The position numbers and the translations under genes were made by a program. The notes beneath the pieces are model-generated. The model was not told where the DNA came from and did no database searches. It saw nothing but the letters and a program-made list of their open reading frames with translations. Positions 15,244-29,054 of a DNA stretch of 64,000 nucleotides are shown piece by piece. The first letter of the stretch is position 1; the number at the start of each line of letters is the position of its first letter. The stretch covers positions 16,244,001 to 16,308,000 of the forward strand of contig OZ024762.1 in the NCBI GenBank assembly GCA_964016885.1. The letters are read 5' to 3'. Source of the DNA: Eledone cirrhosa (lineage: Eukaryota).

Positions 15244-17715
15244 CTAGAGCTGTGCAATCTTGCATGTTGAAAAATAAACCTCATTTGGTCATTCCATGAG
15301 AGTATCTTGGTCAGCCTATGAAGGAGTGATGCTAGAGCTGTGAAATCTTGCATGTTGAAAAATAAACTTCATTTGGTCATTCCATGAGAGTATCTTGGTC
15401 AGCCTATGAAGGAGTGATGCTAGAGCTGTGAAATCTTGCATGTTGAAAAATAAACCTCATTTGGTCATTCCATGAGAGTATCTTGGTCAGCCTATGAAGG
15501 AGTGATGTTAGAGCTGTGAAATCTTGCATGTTGAAAAATAAACCGCATTTGGTCATTCCATGAGAGTATCTTGGTCAGCCTATGAAGGAGTGATGCTAGA
15601 GCTGTACAATCTTGCATGTTGAAAAATAAACCTCATTTGGTCATTCCATGAGAGTATCTTGGTCAGCCTATGAAGGAGTGATGCTAGAGCTGTGCAATCT
15701 TTGCATGTTGAAAAATAAACCTCATTTGATCATTCCATGAGAGTATCTTGGTCAGCCTATGAAGGAGTGATGCTAGAGCTGTGAAATCTTGCATGTTGAA
15801 AAATAAACCTCATTTGGTCAATCCATGAGAGTATCTTGGTCAGCCTATGAAGGAGTGATGCTAGGGCTGTTAAATCTTGCATGTTGAAAAATAAACCTCA
15901 TTTGGTCATTCCATGAGAGTATCTTGGTCAGCCTATGAAGGAGTGATGCTAGAGCTGTGCAATCTTTGCATTTTGAAAAATAAACCTCATTTGGTCATTC
16001 CATGAGAGTATCTTGGTCAGCCTATGAAGGAGTGATGCTAGAGCTATGCAATCTTGCATGTTGAAAAAAAACCTCATTTGGTCATTCCATGAGAGTATCT
16101 TGGTCAGCCTATGAATGAGTGATGCTAGAGCTGTGAAATCTTGCATGTTGAAAAATAAACCTCATATGGTCATTCCATGAGAGTATCTTGGTCAGCCTAT
16201 GAAGGAGTGATGTTAGAGCTGTGAAATCTTGCATGTTGAAAAATAAACCGCATTTGGTCATTCCATGAGAGTATCTTGGTCAGCCTATGAAGGAGTGATG
16301 CTAGAGCTGTACAATCTTGCATGTTGAAAAATAAACCTCATTTGGTCATTCCATGAGAGTATCTTGGTCAGCCTATGAAGGAGTGATGCTAGAGCTGTGC
16401 AATCTTTGCATGTTGAAAAATAAACCTCATTTGATCATTCCATGAGAGTATCTTGGTCAGCCTATGAAGGAGTGATGCTAGAGCTGTGAAATCTTGCATG
16501 TTGAAAAATAAACTTCATTTGGTCATTCCATGAGAGTATCTTGGTCAGCCTATGAAGGAGTGATGCTAGAGCTGTGAAATCTTGCATGTTGAAAAATAAA
16601 CCTCATTTGGTCATTCCATGAGAGTATCTTGGTCAGCCTATGAAGGAGTGATGTTAGAGCTGTGAAATCTTGCATGTTGAAAAATAAACCGCATTTGGTC
16701 ATTCCATGAGAGTATCTTGGTCAGCCTATGAAGGAGTGATGCTAGAGCTGTACAATCTTGCATGTTGAAAAATAAACCTCATTTGGTCATTCCATGAGAG
16801 TATCTTGGTCAGCCTATGAAGGAGTGATGCTAGAGCTGTGCAATCTTTGCATGTTGAAAAATAAACCTCATTTGATCATTCCATGAGAGTATCTTGGTCA
16901 GCCTATGAAGGAGTGATGCTAGAGCTGTGAAATCTTGCATGTTGAAAAATAAACCTCATTTGGTCAATCCATGAGAGTATCTTGGTCAGCCTATGAAGGA
17001 GTGATGCTAGGGCTGTTAAATCTTGCATGTTGAAAAATAAACCTCATTTGGTCATTCCATGAGAGTATCTTGGTCAGCCTATGAAGGAGTGATGCTAGAG
17101 CTGTGCAATCTTTGCATTTTGAAAAATAAACCTCATTTGGTCATTCCATGAGAGTATCTTGGTCAGCCTATGAAGGAGTGATGCTAGAGCTGTGAAATCT
17201 TGCATGTTGAAAAATAAACCTCATTTGGTCAATCCATGAGAGTATCTTGGTCAGCCTATGAAGGAGTGATGCTAGGGCTGTTAAATCTTGCATGTTGAAA
17301 AATAAACCTCATTTGGTCATTCCATGAGAGTATCTTGGTCAGCCTATGAAGGAGTGATGCTAGAGCTGTGCAATCTTTGCATTTTGAAAAATAAACCTCA
17401 TTTGGTCATTCCATGAGAGTATCTTGGTCAGCCTATGAAGGAGTGATGCTAGAGCTATGCAATCTTGCATGTTGAAAAATAAACCTCATTTGGTCATTCC
17501 ATGAGAGTATCTTGGTCAGCCTATGAATGAGTGATGCTAGAGCTGTGAAATCTTGCATGTTGAAAAATAAACCTCATTTGATCATTCCATGAGAGTATCT
17601 TGGTCAGCTCATGAAGGAGTGATGCTAGTGTTGTGCAATCTTGCATGTTGAAAAATATACATCACTTGGTCATTCCATGAGAGTATCTTGGTCAGCCTAT
17701 GAAGGAGTGATGCTA
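15108..17715 (+). repeat. 88-bp tandem satellite (~29 copies) derived from an internally deleted mariner, preceded by TA plus a TIR
   Basis: Unit ctatgaaggagtgatgctagagctgtgaaatcttgcatgttgaaaaataaacctcatttggtcattccatgagagtatcttggtcagc; preceded by TA-CGAAGGTAGGCTTAAAAGTTCATAGGCT. Confidence 0.93.
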
Positions 17716-17767
17716 TATATATATAGTTATATATACATGTATATATATATATACATGTATATATATA

Positions 17768-18260
17768 TTCTTAGGAAACGTTGGCTGCTATTTCTAGCAA
17801 GTGGAGCGTAGACGTAGAGACATGTTGCTGTTGTTTACTTTTATTCACAGGTCTTGAACGAGCAAGACAAGATGACCCGACATGTGTGTAATCGATGGGA
17901 TTCCTGCCGTGACCAGCCTGTGTTTATATGATTATCAAGGTACCCACATCTACATCGTTGAATGCACCTTTCATTGTTTTGAAAGGGGTTGTAGAAGACA
18001 GAACATCTGAGGGTGAGAGGCCGGAGATCGTCAGTGAGTGGCTTTAAATTAATTAGCCATGATTCTATGAAATAAAGAAGCGAAATCACTTTGAAGAAAA
18101 ATAGGAGAACAATAGTAATTATTATGAGGCCGGTGTAGCGATTACATATTGCCCTTTGTTTACATTAACCCCTCCCGACACCACGGTAATTAGATATTCA
18201 GATTACAGGAGGTGTGGGATGGAATTAATTCTTATATTTATTTACTCTATATCAAACACC
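17768..18260 (+). repeat. Direct copy of 13878-14368 (also inverted at ~22800-23525)
   Basis: Near-identical sequence ttcttaggaaac...atatcaaaca. Confidence 0.9.
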
Positions 18261-18361
18261 AAACACGGTGGCAAGGAGTAAATTAAAAAAACTAGCCTTT
18301 CTTTTAAAATAAAATATCATGCCTAACATCTCCCATGATGCAACAGTATATATATATATAC

Positions 18362-18392
<31 letters not shown>

Positions 18393-18543
18393 GATATATA
18401 TATATAGATATATATATATATATATATAGATATATATATAGATATATATATATATATAGATATATATATACACATATACTCTTTTACTCTTTTACCTGTT
18501 TCAGCGATCCGGCTGAGGCCATGCTGGGGCACCGCCCTTGTTG

Positions 18544-18743
18544 NNNNNNNNNNNNNNNNNNNNNNNNNNNNNNNNNNNNNNNNNNNNNNNNNNNNNNNNN
18601 NNNNNNNNNNNNNNNNNNNNNNNNNNNNNNNNNNNNNNNNNNNNNNNNNNNNNNNNNNNNNNNNNNNNNNNNNNNNNNNNNNNNNNNNNNNNNNNNNNNN
18701 NNNNNNNNNNNNNNNNNNNNNNNNNNNNNNNNNNNNNNNNNNN
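18544..18743. other. Assembly gap (200 N)
   Basis: Run of N. Confidence 1.
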
Positions 18744-19340
18744 ACTCGTTTTCGAGTACGGCCACTACTTTATATCCATGTAGGAGAACCCCTACCGATG
18801 CGCTGAACGAGTGTGACTTTTTAGTCCAGCCAGTGACTTGAAAACTCTGGTACAAACACTACACTTGTGACAATTATTGACATATAGTGCTGGGCCCATG
18901 GTACCATGTGACGACAAGTGCAGAGAGATCTCCAGATATAAAACAATACCTGTGCCGTGAAGCTTTTATAGTGAGCAAAGGCACTGCACAAAGCCAGTCC
19001 CACTCTCTTAACCAAGATGGTATTTACCAAAAAGAAGAACAAGTCAACATCATTGGATACCTTCAGGGTTGCAGGTGTTATATCAGAGTTTTCCTTCTCC
19101 TAGAATTCTGCCTTGACAAAGGCTAAGGGGTCATCTCTCCCGGTGATTTTGGATGGCCATTGACTCTTAAGAGCTCCTTGGTCCTTTGACAGGTTTTGTT
19201 TTTAGTCCTGCAGGATGTCCAAAGTCACCCTCCTCACCAAGAAACCTTGGCGGGGTTGCCAGTTTAGTCGTCAACGACCCGACCATGAGACAGGTTGTAC
19301 TGGGATACATGTTACCAGTAGCACCAACTGGTGACCTGAC
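18744..19340 (-). mobile_element. Dispersed ~550-bp repeat, probably a non-LTR (RTE) 5'UTR-derived element; copy 1
   Basis: Inverted near-identical copy at 58721-59275; contains CTAGGAGAAGGAAAACTCTG, a motif I recall from RTE 5'UTRs (unverified). Confidence 0.6.
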
Positions 19341-19843
19341 ATAAATATATACATACATATATGTATGTATATGACATACATATATACATACATATATATA
19401 TGTATATGACATACATATATACATACATATATACATACATACATATATATATATATATACATACATATATATATATATATACACATATATATATATATAT
19501 ACACATATATATATACATACATATATGTATGTATATGATATACATATATACATACATATATACATACATATATATATACATATATATATACATACATACA
19601 TATATACATACATATATACATACATATATACATACATATATATGTACATATATATATACATATATATATACACATATATATACACATATATATATACACA
19701 TATATACACATATATATACACACATATATACACATATATATACACAGATATACATATACATATATATGCATATATATGTATATACATATATATATACATA
19801 TATATAAACATATATATATACACATATATATAAACATATATAT

Positions 19844-19874
<31 letters not shown>

Positions 19875-19947
19875 CATATATATATATGTATATGTATATA
19901 TATACAGATATATATATACAGATATATATATATACACATATATATAC

Positions 19948-19980
<33 letters not shown>

Positions 19981-20021
19981 CATATATATATACATATATA
20001 TATACATATATATACATATAT

Positions 20022-20142
20022 GTGAAGGCGTGTGGCTGCGTGGTTAGAGAATTGGATTCGCGATCGTAAGGTTGTGAGTTCGATTCCTGGACCAGGCGAT
20101 GCGTTATGTCCTTGAGCAAGACACTTTATTTCACGTTGCTCC
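20022..20142 (+). mobile_element. tRNA-derived SINE (head plus CORE-like domain)
   Basis: A box TGGCTGCGTGG, B box GTTCGATTCC, then gtccttgagcaagacacttta. Confidence 0.85.
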
Positions 20143-20588
20143 TTCTACCTGGAGTTGCGACCGATAGATAGTATTAGCAATTGGAAAGACCAACGGAAAC
20201 ATTGTTCCCTCGGTCCGATTTGACGAAAGTCGATCGTTCCTATATACATATATGTACATAAATATATATATATTTATACATATATATATATATATATTTA
20301 TACATATATATATATATATATATAAGCGTGGAACATGGACGTTAAACGATGATGATGATGATATATACATATATATATATACACATATATATATATACAT
20401 ATATATATACACATATATATATATATACATACATATATATATACATATATATATACACATATATATATATATACACATATATATATATACATATATTTAT
20501 ACACATATATATAAACATATATATATACACATATATATACACGTATATATATACACATATATATACACATATATATATACATATATAT

Positions 20589-20619
<31 letters not shown>

Positions 20620-20756
20620 TATATATATGTATATGTATATATATACAGATATATATATACATATATATATATACAGATATATATATATACATATATACAC
20701 ATATATATATACATATATATATATACATATACATATATATATACATATATGTACAT

Positions 20757-21095
20757 GAATCATCATTTCATTTTACGTCCGCTTTTTCCCTGCTTGCAAG
20801 GGTGGGACGGGAACTGATTCTGGCTTGATTTCTACAGCTGGATGCCCTTCCTAACACCAACCTCATTTACAGTGAGTGCTGGGTGGTTTTATGCCGTGGC
20901 ACCTCCACGACCACTTTGCAGTGGAATGATAGGGACCCCAATCCCTATCATCTCATTTCTACAGCTGAGTAAACTGGAGCAATGTGAAATAAAGTGTCTT
21001 GCTCAAGGAAACAACACATCACCCGGTCTGAGAATTGAACTCACAACCTTTCGATTGCAAGGCCAATGCTCTAACCACTAAGCCATGTGCCTCCA
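20757..21095 (-). mobile_element. Full-length tRNA-derived SINE with RTE-derived 3' tail
   Basis: Head ggaggcacatggcttagtggttaga; tail cccgtcccacccttgcaagcagggaaaaagcggacgtaaaatg; copy at 46626-46935. Confidence 0.88.
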
Positions 21096-21379
21096 TATGA
21101 ATATATATATATTTATACATATATATATATATACATATATATACATATATACATATATATATATTAGAAAGTGAGGTTTTTTTTACAAAATGAAAAATAA
21201 CCGAGGTGTCCTACACGAGTGAAAGTATAAAGAAAAAGAGATGAAATCGAAAATGCAACTGGAATCTTATTTTTTTAAAAAATATATATATTTATTTGGT
21301 TCCTTTACCGGTTTCGCAGTTCTTCTGCTTTTCAAAAGTAGAGTTGAGATGGAGGGTCTGGTTTTTCTCACATCTGAGA

Positions 21380-21494
<115 letters not shown>

Positions 21495-21495
21495 G

Positions 21496-21526
<31 letters not shown>

Positions 21527-21569
21527 GATATATATACATAGATATACATACATAGATATACATACATAG

Positions 21570-21600
<31 letters not shown>

Positions 21601-22192
21601 GATATACATACATAGATATATATATACATAGATATACATACATATATATATATACATATATACATATATATATATACATATATGTACATATATACATATA
21701 TATCTATATATACATATATATATACATATACATATATACCATTTCCTCTCCCAATTAACATAATTAACTATATAAAAAATCGAATAGACCAGGCTATAAG
21801 AATAAGGCTTCTATGAAGAAATCTCCAACTAATAACCAAAACCATATATACACATGTATAAATATACATGTATATATATATAGATGTATATATATACATG
21901 TATATATATATACATGTATATATATATATATACATGTCTATATATATATGTATATATATATATACATGTATATATATATATATACATGTATATATATACA
22001 TGTATATATATATATACATGTATATATATACATGTATATATATATACATGTATATATATATATATATACATGTCTATATATATATGTATATATATATACA
22101 TGTATATATATATATACATGTATATATATATATACATGTATATATATACATGTATATATATATACATGTATATATATATATATATACATGTC

Positions 22193-22226
<34 letters not shown>

Positions 22227-22522
22227 TGTATATATATATATACATGTATATATATACATGTATATATATATACATGTATATATATATATATATACATGTC
22301 TATATATATATGTATATATATACATGTATATATATATATATACATGTATATGAATGTATATACAGTGTATTTTGCAATACACTGTATGCTTAATTAAAAG
22401 CATTTTGAAGACCTTATGCTATTATTTTAGAGTAGTGATAGTCTCACTTACTTTAATTTTCAGCAAACAGGGGAGATAAAGCCGACAGAGCCCTGTTTCG
22501 CATTTGTTGATGCTTATGAAGG

Positions 22523-22794
22523 CTGACTACTCCTGTTTGCCGAAAATCATGGATGTTTGATTCTTATAGAATTTTAGTAAATACTCAGGAACTGATTATA
22601 CAGAGCGGTTGCCGGTCAAGCAGAAATTGAAAATTAGAATTGGTGCTCATATATATATAGCTATTTCAGAGCACCAATTCTAATTTTCAGTTTCTGCTTG
22701 ACCGGCAACTGCTCTGTATAATCAGTTCCTGAGTATTTACTAGAATTCTATAAGAATCAAACATCCATGATTTTCGGCAATCAGAAGTAGTCAG
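22523..22794. repeat. Fold-back inverted repeat (126-bp arms 22523-22648 / 22669-22794)
   Basis: Arms reverse-complementary with few mismatches; TA-rich spacer. Confidence 0.92.
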
Positions 22795-23069
22795 TAGTTA
22801 GTAGTTTTTTAATTTACTCCTCGCCACCGTGTTTGTTGTTTGATATAAGTAAATAAATAAAAGAATTAATTCCATCCCACACCTACCTGTAATCTGAATA
22901 TCAAATTACCGTGGTGTCGGGAGGGGTTAATGTAAACAAAGGCTAATATGTAATCGCTACACAGGTCTCATAATTATTACTAGCCTCTTTATTTCATAGA
23001 ATCGTGGCTAATTAATTTAAAGCCACTCACAGACAATCTCCGGCCTCTCACCCTCAGATGTTCTGTAGT

Positions 23070-24547
23070 AAATAAATAAAAGAATTACTTCCATCCCACA
23101 CCTCCCTGTAATCTGAATATCTAATTACCATGGTGTCGGGAGTGGTTAATGTAAACAAAGGGCAATATGTAATCGCTACACCGGCCTCATAATAATTACT
23201 ATTGTTCTCCTATTTTTCTTCAAAGTGATTTCGCTTCTTTATTTCATAGAATCATGGCTAATTAATTTAAAGCCACTCACCCTCAGATGTTCTGTCTTCT
23301 ACAACCCCTTTTAAAACAATGAAAGGTGCATTCAACGATGTAGATGTGGGTACCTTGATAATCATATAAACACAGGATGGTCACGGCAGGTATACCATCG
23401 ATTACACACATGTCGGGTCATCTTGTCTTGCTCGTTCAAGACCTGTGAATAAAAGTAAACAACAGCAACATGTCTCTACGTCTACGCTCCACTTGCTAGA
23501 AATAGCAGCCATGTTTCCTAAGAATTACGGAGGTGAATTAGCTGTGACACATGTAAATACAATCTTTTATATTTTATCTGTGTAACAATGTCTTTATTTT
23601 GATTACGTATATGTAAATATATGTCTTGATCGCTCAGGTCTGACTTGTCAATGAAAGTAAACAATAGCTACCTTATGAAATTTTCACCATTTAAACCTCA
23701 ACAAAATGCATACAGACATATATAAGTGTATATATATATACTCAAAATTATATATATATATACACGCCAAATTTTTGCACGGGGGACAAACAGTTCCCAT
23801 AACCTGAATAGGTCCTCTGAGAATCGACTTACGTATATAGAATCAATGAGATTCCAGCGTTGACCAATATGTGTATATATGACTATCTAAAACTACATCT
23901 TCTAATGTGTCCTTCATTATTTTAAAACGTGGCGAGCGATAAATATTTGGCTGCTATTTCCAGCAATAATTCTAATGTCACTTTTGTGTGAATATCTAGT
24001 AAGTAGTATATTCTCTTCTAAATCTTTCTTATTTGTTGGGGCTTGTTTAAGACGTCAGCCCCCGTCGGGCTTGACCCAGCAGAAGTACGAAGGTTGGCTG
24101 ACTATGAAGGACTGATGCTAGAGCTGGGAAATCTTGCATGAATTAATTTCAAGCCTTCTTATTAATAATTGCATTGTTTCTTTCCAAGTAAACGGACATC
24201 TGACTGTTGAAAGAGGACTTCAAATGTAATTAGTAATGGCCTCTTGAAAATGGACAAAATTTGGCATCGTGGTATTATCAAGTACCTGTAGAAAAGGGGT
24301 TTATCCCCCAAGGACATTCATGTTGACAAGGTTGCTACATTAAGGGATGACACTCCAGCTTTATCAACAATTCAACAGGCTCTGGTCGACAATTATTGTC
24401 TCTCCTCCTTCTGCACATTATACCTCTACTACAATGGTCTCTGCTCCACACTGGCACTCCCCAGCCCCTAAATATGCTGTACCCTCTCTGCCTAGTTTAC
24501 CTCTACTACAATGGTCTCTGCTCCTCCCCAGCTCCTAAATATGCTGT
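23070..24547. repeat. Arm B of the ~1.5-kb inverted duplication
   Basis: Reverse complement of ~12720-14370. Confidence 0.92.
24086..24379 (+). pseudogene. Mariner 5' end with degenerate transposase N-terminus
   Basis: From ATG 24250: MDKIWHRGIIKYL*KRGLSPKDIHVDKVATLRDDTPALSTIQQ, resembling the mariner N-terminal HTH; TA-CGAAGGTTGGCTGA end. Confidence 0.82.
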
Positions 24548-25520
24548 CTAGCCTTTAATCTAAGGCGTTCCCACAACATGTCTATGCTGTGAGATACATT
24601 CTTCACTACTGAAACACCTGTTATTTATTATCACTCACCTTTCTCGTTTCTTGCTGCGTGTGTTGTCATCTATCTGGCTTATGTGTCTACATGATTGGGA
24701 GGTGAAAGTGAACAGGAGGTTGGCTGGTTTCCTGAAGATGATTAGGTTGAAAGCATCATAAAATTATAGAAGCCTTGACACCCTCCTAATCTATATATAT
24801 ATATACACACATCATCATTTAACGTCTATTTTCCACACTAGCATGGGTTAGCCGGGTTGTCCCTTTTGAGGCAAGTTGGGTCAGATTTCCGTGTCTTGCT
24901 CATACAGAACTGATTGTGGCTTTGTTTCTACAATTAGATGCCCTTCCTAACACCAACCACATTTACAGTGAGTACTGGGTGTTTTTTGTCATGACCACTT
25001 TACAGTGTGAGGGGCAGAGTGTTAGGGCATGGAAAGGGGGCAGGTGATGTATGCTTCAGCCTGTGCATAATGCCAGAGATTTTGGTCATGTGACATTGCC
25101 TTTGAGAGGTCCATATCTCTATATCATTGTTTTTATGTCCGTTTCTCCAGCTTTGGATGGGTCGTCTTCAGTACAGCATTTCTCCACTCATTGTGTTCCT
25201 TTGTCATCTCCTCTGTGAGTCTCAGCAATTTGAAATCAGTTCGCACAACCTCTTCCTTGGTCTATCTCTACTGCAGCTTCCCTCTCCTGGCACTTCTTCA
25301 CTCAGCAATGTTTGTCAATGAAAGATGTCAACATACGTAGGTGCAAAGGTCTCTGATGCAGCAAAAATAAAATTTATATAAATAAAAGATTTAGAGTCTC
25401 AAAAACAGAAGAAAACATTACATTTATTTTCTTGACAAAAACAATAATACCCCCAGTAGTATGTTTTACCTACTGATTGCTAACGTGTGTTGGACATCCA
25501 TCAATTGTGACGATGAGTGT

Positions 25521-26240
25521 CTCAGTTGTTTAGACAATCGGACAGCCCGCTCATGAAATTAATGTGAAAGTGGCTGAGCATTCCACAGACACGTGTACCC
25601 TTAATGTAGTTCTCAGGAAGATTCAGTGTGAAACAGTCTATGACAAGGTTGGTCTTTTGTTGGTAATACAACTCATATTTACCAGTTGAGTGGACTGGAG
25701 CAACATGAAATAAAGTACCTTGCTCAAGGACACCACCAAGAAATGAACCCAAGACTTTACATTCATAAGCTGAACACCCGAGCCACTAAGCCATGAACCT
25801 TCACATCCAATAATTGGTTCTACTTTAGGCACAAGGCCAGCAATTACCCAGTGAATTACTGGTACTTTATTTTATCGACCCCGTAAGGATGAAAGGCAAA
25901 GTAAACCTCGGCGAGATTTGAACTCAGACCGTAAAGGGACGTAACTATGCTGGAAAGCATGGCGTCCGACTCTCTACCGATACTGCCAATCCACCATCAA
26001 ATAATGCTAAAGGGTTAATAATGGTTTCTGATTTAGGCACAAGGCCAGCAATTTTGGGGCGGAGGGGAAAGTCGATTAAATCGACCCCAGTGTATTACTG
26101 GTACTTTATTTTATCGACCCCCGTAAGGATGAAAGGCAAAGTTAACCTAGGAGGGACTCGAACTCAGAACGTAAAGGGCCGTAACTCTATGCTGCAAAGC
26201 ATGGCGTCTGACCCTCTACCGATACTGCCAATCCACTGCC
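25521..26240 (-). mobile_element. Three adjacent SINEs downstream of the COG6 stop (25521-25805, 25815-26000, 26020-26240)
   Basis: tRNA-like heads; conserved gcctttcatccttacggggtcgataaaataaagtaccag core in two, CORE-like domain in one. Confidence 0.85.
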
Positions 26241-26314
26241 CTAATAATAACAATAGTAATAATAATAATGATGAAGATATCAACAATAATGGTAGTGTCT
26301 CTAAAATGTGGCTA

Positions 26315-26462
26315 TCAAGAGAGAAGTTTTAAAACTTGGTCTGGTGTTCTGGGAACAATACTTTGCCACTCAGCATAACCATGGTTCTTATCACAAATGA
26401 ATTTGTAGATCTGTTGATACGCTTCACATATTAATTCCACAGAGATTTTCTTCACTTTTTCC
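26315..26462 (-). CDS. COG6: COG6 exon 19 (EKVKKISVELICEAY...VLKLLS*)
   Basis: cag acceptor, TGA stop, homology to the COG6 C-terminus. Confidence 0.95.
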
Positions 26463-26589
26463 CTGAAACAAAACAATAAAGACTTCTTTAATAGCCACAA
26501 ATAGTTCACACTAAGAATGGCACAAGACATTGTGTGTGTGTGTGTGTGTGTGTGTTGGTTTTGTGAGTTTTGAGTGTAAACAGGTTTAA

Positions 26590-27698
26590 CCTTTTAGCAT
26601 TTAAACCTGCCATAACTGGCTGCTCATACTAATATTAAGGTATTGTTCTCAGAATAAATAATATCAAAATCTTATATATTCGTTATTATGTGAGATAATT
26701 ATTTGAGGTAAAGCTGTTGCTGTGAAAATACAATAGTATATATAGAGTAATGTAAATGTTATGTGAGATATTATGTGAGGTAAAGCCTTTACCATAAAAA
26801 TACAATAGCATATATATAGAGTAATGTAAATGTTATGTGAGGTAAAGACTTTACTGTGAAAATACAATAGTATATATAGAGTAATGTAAATGTTATGTAA
26901 GATATTATGTGAGGTAAAGCCTTTACTGTGAAAATACAATAGTATATAGAGAGTAGTGTAAATGTTATGTGAGGTAAAGCCTTTACTGTGAAAATACAAT
27001 AGTATATATAGAGTAATGTAAATGTTGTGAGATATTATGTGAGGTAAAGCCTTTACTGTGAAAATACAATAGTATATAGAGAGTAGTGTAAATGTTATGT
27101 GAGGTAAAGCCTTTACTGTGAAAATACAATAGTATATATAGAGTAATGTAAATGTTAAGTGAGATATTATGTGAGGTAAAGCCTTTACTGTTAAAATACA
27201 ATAGTATATAGAGAGTAGTGTAAATGTTATGTGAGGTAAAGCCTTTACTGTGAAAATACAATAGTATATATAGAGTAATGTAAATGTTATGAGATATTAT
27301 GTGAGGTAAAGCCTTTACTGTGAAAATACAATAGTATATAGAGAGTAGTGTAAATGTTATGTGAGGTAAAGCCTTTACTGTGAAAATACAATAGTATATA
27401 TAGAGTAATGTAAATGTTATGTGAGATATTATGTGAGGTAAAGCCTTTACTGTGAAAATACAATAGTATATATAGAGTAATGTAAATGTTATGTGAGATA
27501 TTATGTGAGGTAAAGCCTTTACTGTTAAAATACAATAGTATATAGAGAGTAGTGTAAATGTTATGTGAGGTAAAGCCTTTACTGTGAAAATACAATAGTA
27601 TATATAGAGTAATGTAAATGTTGTGAGATATTATGTGAGGTAAAGCCTTTACTGTTAAAATACAATAGTATATATAGAGTAATGTAGATGCTAAAGGG
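26590..27698 (-). mobile_element. piggyBac-like MITE carrying an internal 60/72-bp tandem array
   Basis: TTAA-CCTTTTAGCATTT ... ATGCTAAAGGG-TTAA; array ~26700-27690; another end starts head-to-head at 27703. Confidence 0.8.
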
Positions 27699-28129
27699 TT
27701 AACCCTTTAGCATTTTCATTACTCTATAATATTTACATTAGGTGGTGAATTGGCAGTCATTAAAAACGTCAGATAGAATACTTTATGGCATTCGTTCCAG
27801 CTCTCTGAGTTCAAATCCCACCGAGGTCAATACTGGGGTCGATTCTTCCTCTATATCTCTTTCTCACTTCCTCTCTATCACTCTTTCTATCTTTCTCTGG
27901 AAGGAAACTGTTGTATTCAGGCCTGGAGAAGAGATGGGCAGCTCCACCAGGTTTTAAAAAAATGCCCAAGAGACACTGTATGTCAATATGGCTTCCTACA
28001 ATCCCACCAAGAGTTACGGGACCATACATAGCCCCCTCAAGAGGGATGAGACATCTGACGGGGTTACAATAGAATTGTAAACAATAAGTATTCTTCAATA
28101 AGGAGTAATAATAATAATAATAATAATAA

Positions 28130-28350
28130 TAAGGTTTTCTACTTTGGGCACAAGGCCAGCAATATTTAGGGGGAGGGAAAGTCGATCAAAATGATCCCAG
28201 TACATTACTGGTACTTTATTTTATCAACCCCTGTAAGGATGAAAGGCAAAGCTAACCTCAGCGGGATTTGAACTCAGAATGTAAAGAGCCGGAACAAATA
28301 CCACAAAGCATGTTGTCTGATGCTCTACTGATTCTACTGCCAATCCACAA
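28130..28350 (-). mobile_element. tRNA-derived SINE
   Basis: Same core as the 26020-26240 copy; (AAT)n tail. Confidence 0.85.
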
Positions 28351-28363
28351 CCGTTAATAACAA

Positions 28364-29054
28364 TCTAAACTATAATAAAGTAAGGAGTGCGGGACTGCGT
28401 ACGGTTTATAATTTTTTATCCCATTAGTAAAATAAGTTGGATTACTTTGAATAAATAATTGTTTCTACGTTAGGCACAAGGCCAGCAATTACCCAGTACA
28501 TTACTGGTACTTTATTTTATCGACCCCGTAAGGATGAAAGGCAAAGTTAACCTCAGCGGGATTTGAACTCAGATCATAAAGGGACGTAACTCTTTGCTTC
28601 AAAGCATGGTGTCCGACTCTCTACCGATACTGCCAATCAACCGCCCGAATTACTTTGAATAAATAATGAATGAATATTACATAATTTATCTACTAAATTT
28701 CGTGGCTGTTCATTAAATATATTTTATTGTTTATTTTAAGATTCACTTCTTTAAAATTTTCAAATGTCAACACTTCCGGTTAGCGACCATTTAAATAAAC
28801 ATTCATATATTTCCATCACTAATTTTCTCCTAATGCAGTTTATATATAATATCGTCTTTTTTTAATGTACCATGGATTACTTTACTGATTACATAAGACA
28901 GTGTAACAACGTCTTTGTTCAATTTCTGTGTATATTGTCAATTACGATTTTATTTGATGTATCATATCTACATGCATATATACTTGCATATAATATCAAT
29001 ATACATGCTACACATGCTAGCAGAAAACCACCCGAAGGGTGCCTTTTCTGCTAG
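28364..29054 (+). mobile_element. Non-autonomous Helitron-like element with a nested SINE
   Basis: A|TCTAAACTATAATAAAG start; CACCCGAAGGGTG hairpin 9 nt before CTAG|T. Confidence 0.6.
28460..28648 (-). mobile_element. SINE with 19-bp target-site duplication
   Basis: attactttgaataaataat at 28441-28459 and 28649-28667. Confidence 0.9.

Noticed and set aside
15140-17715. CRISPR-like regular array
   Set aside because: No unique spacers, no cas genes, eukaryotic context; a plain tandem satellite. The same applies to the 46-, 59-, 60/72- and 78-bp arrays
18887-19126. 79-aa ORF conserved at 58893-59132
   Set aside because: Conservation reflects two recent copies of one repeat; no recognisable domain and a non-ATG start
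19250-19340. Possible HDV-like ribozyme at the 5' end of the RTE-UTR-like repeat (minus strand)
   Set aside because: P1- and P3-like pairings exist but P2 is not adjacent to P3 as required; not supportable by eye
20022-20100. tRNA gene
   Set aside because: A and B boxes continue into a SINE body with no closing acceptor stem; a SINE head
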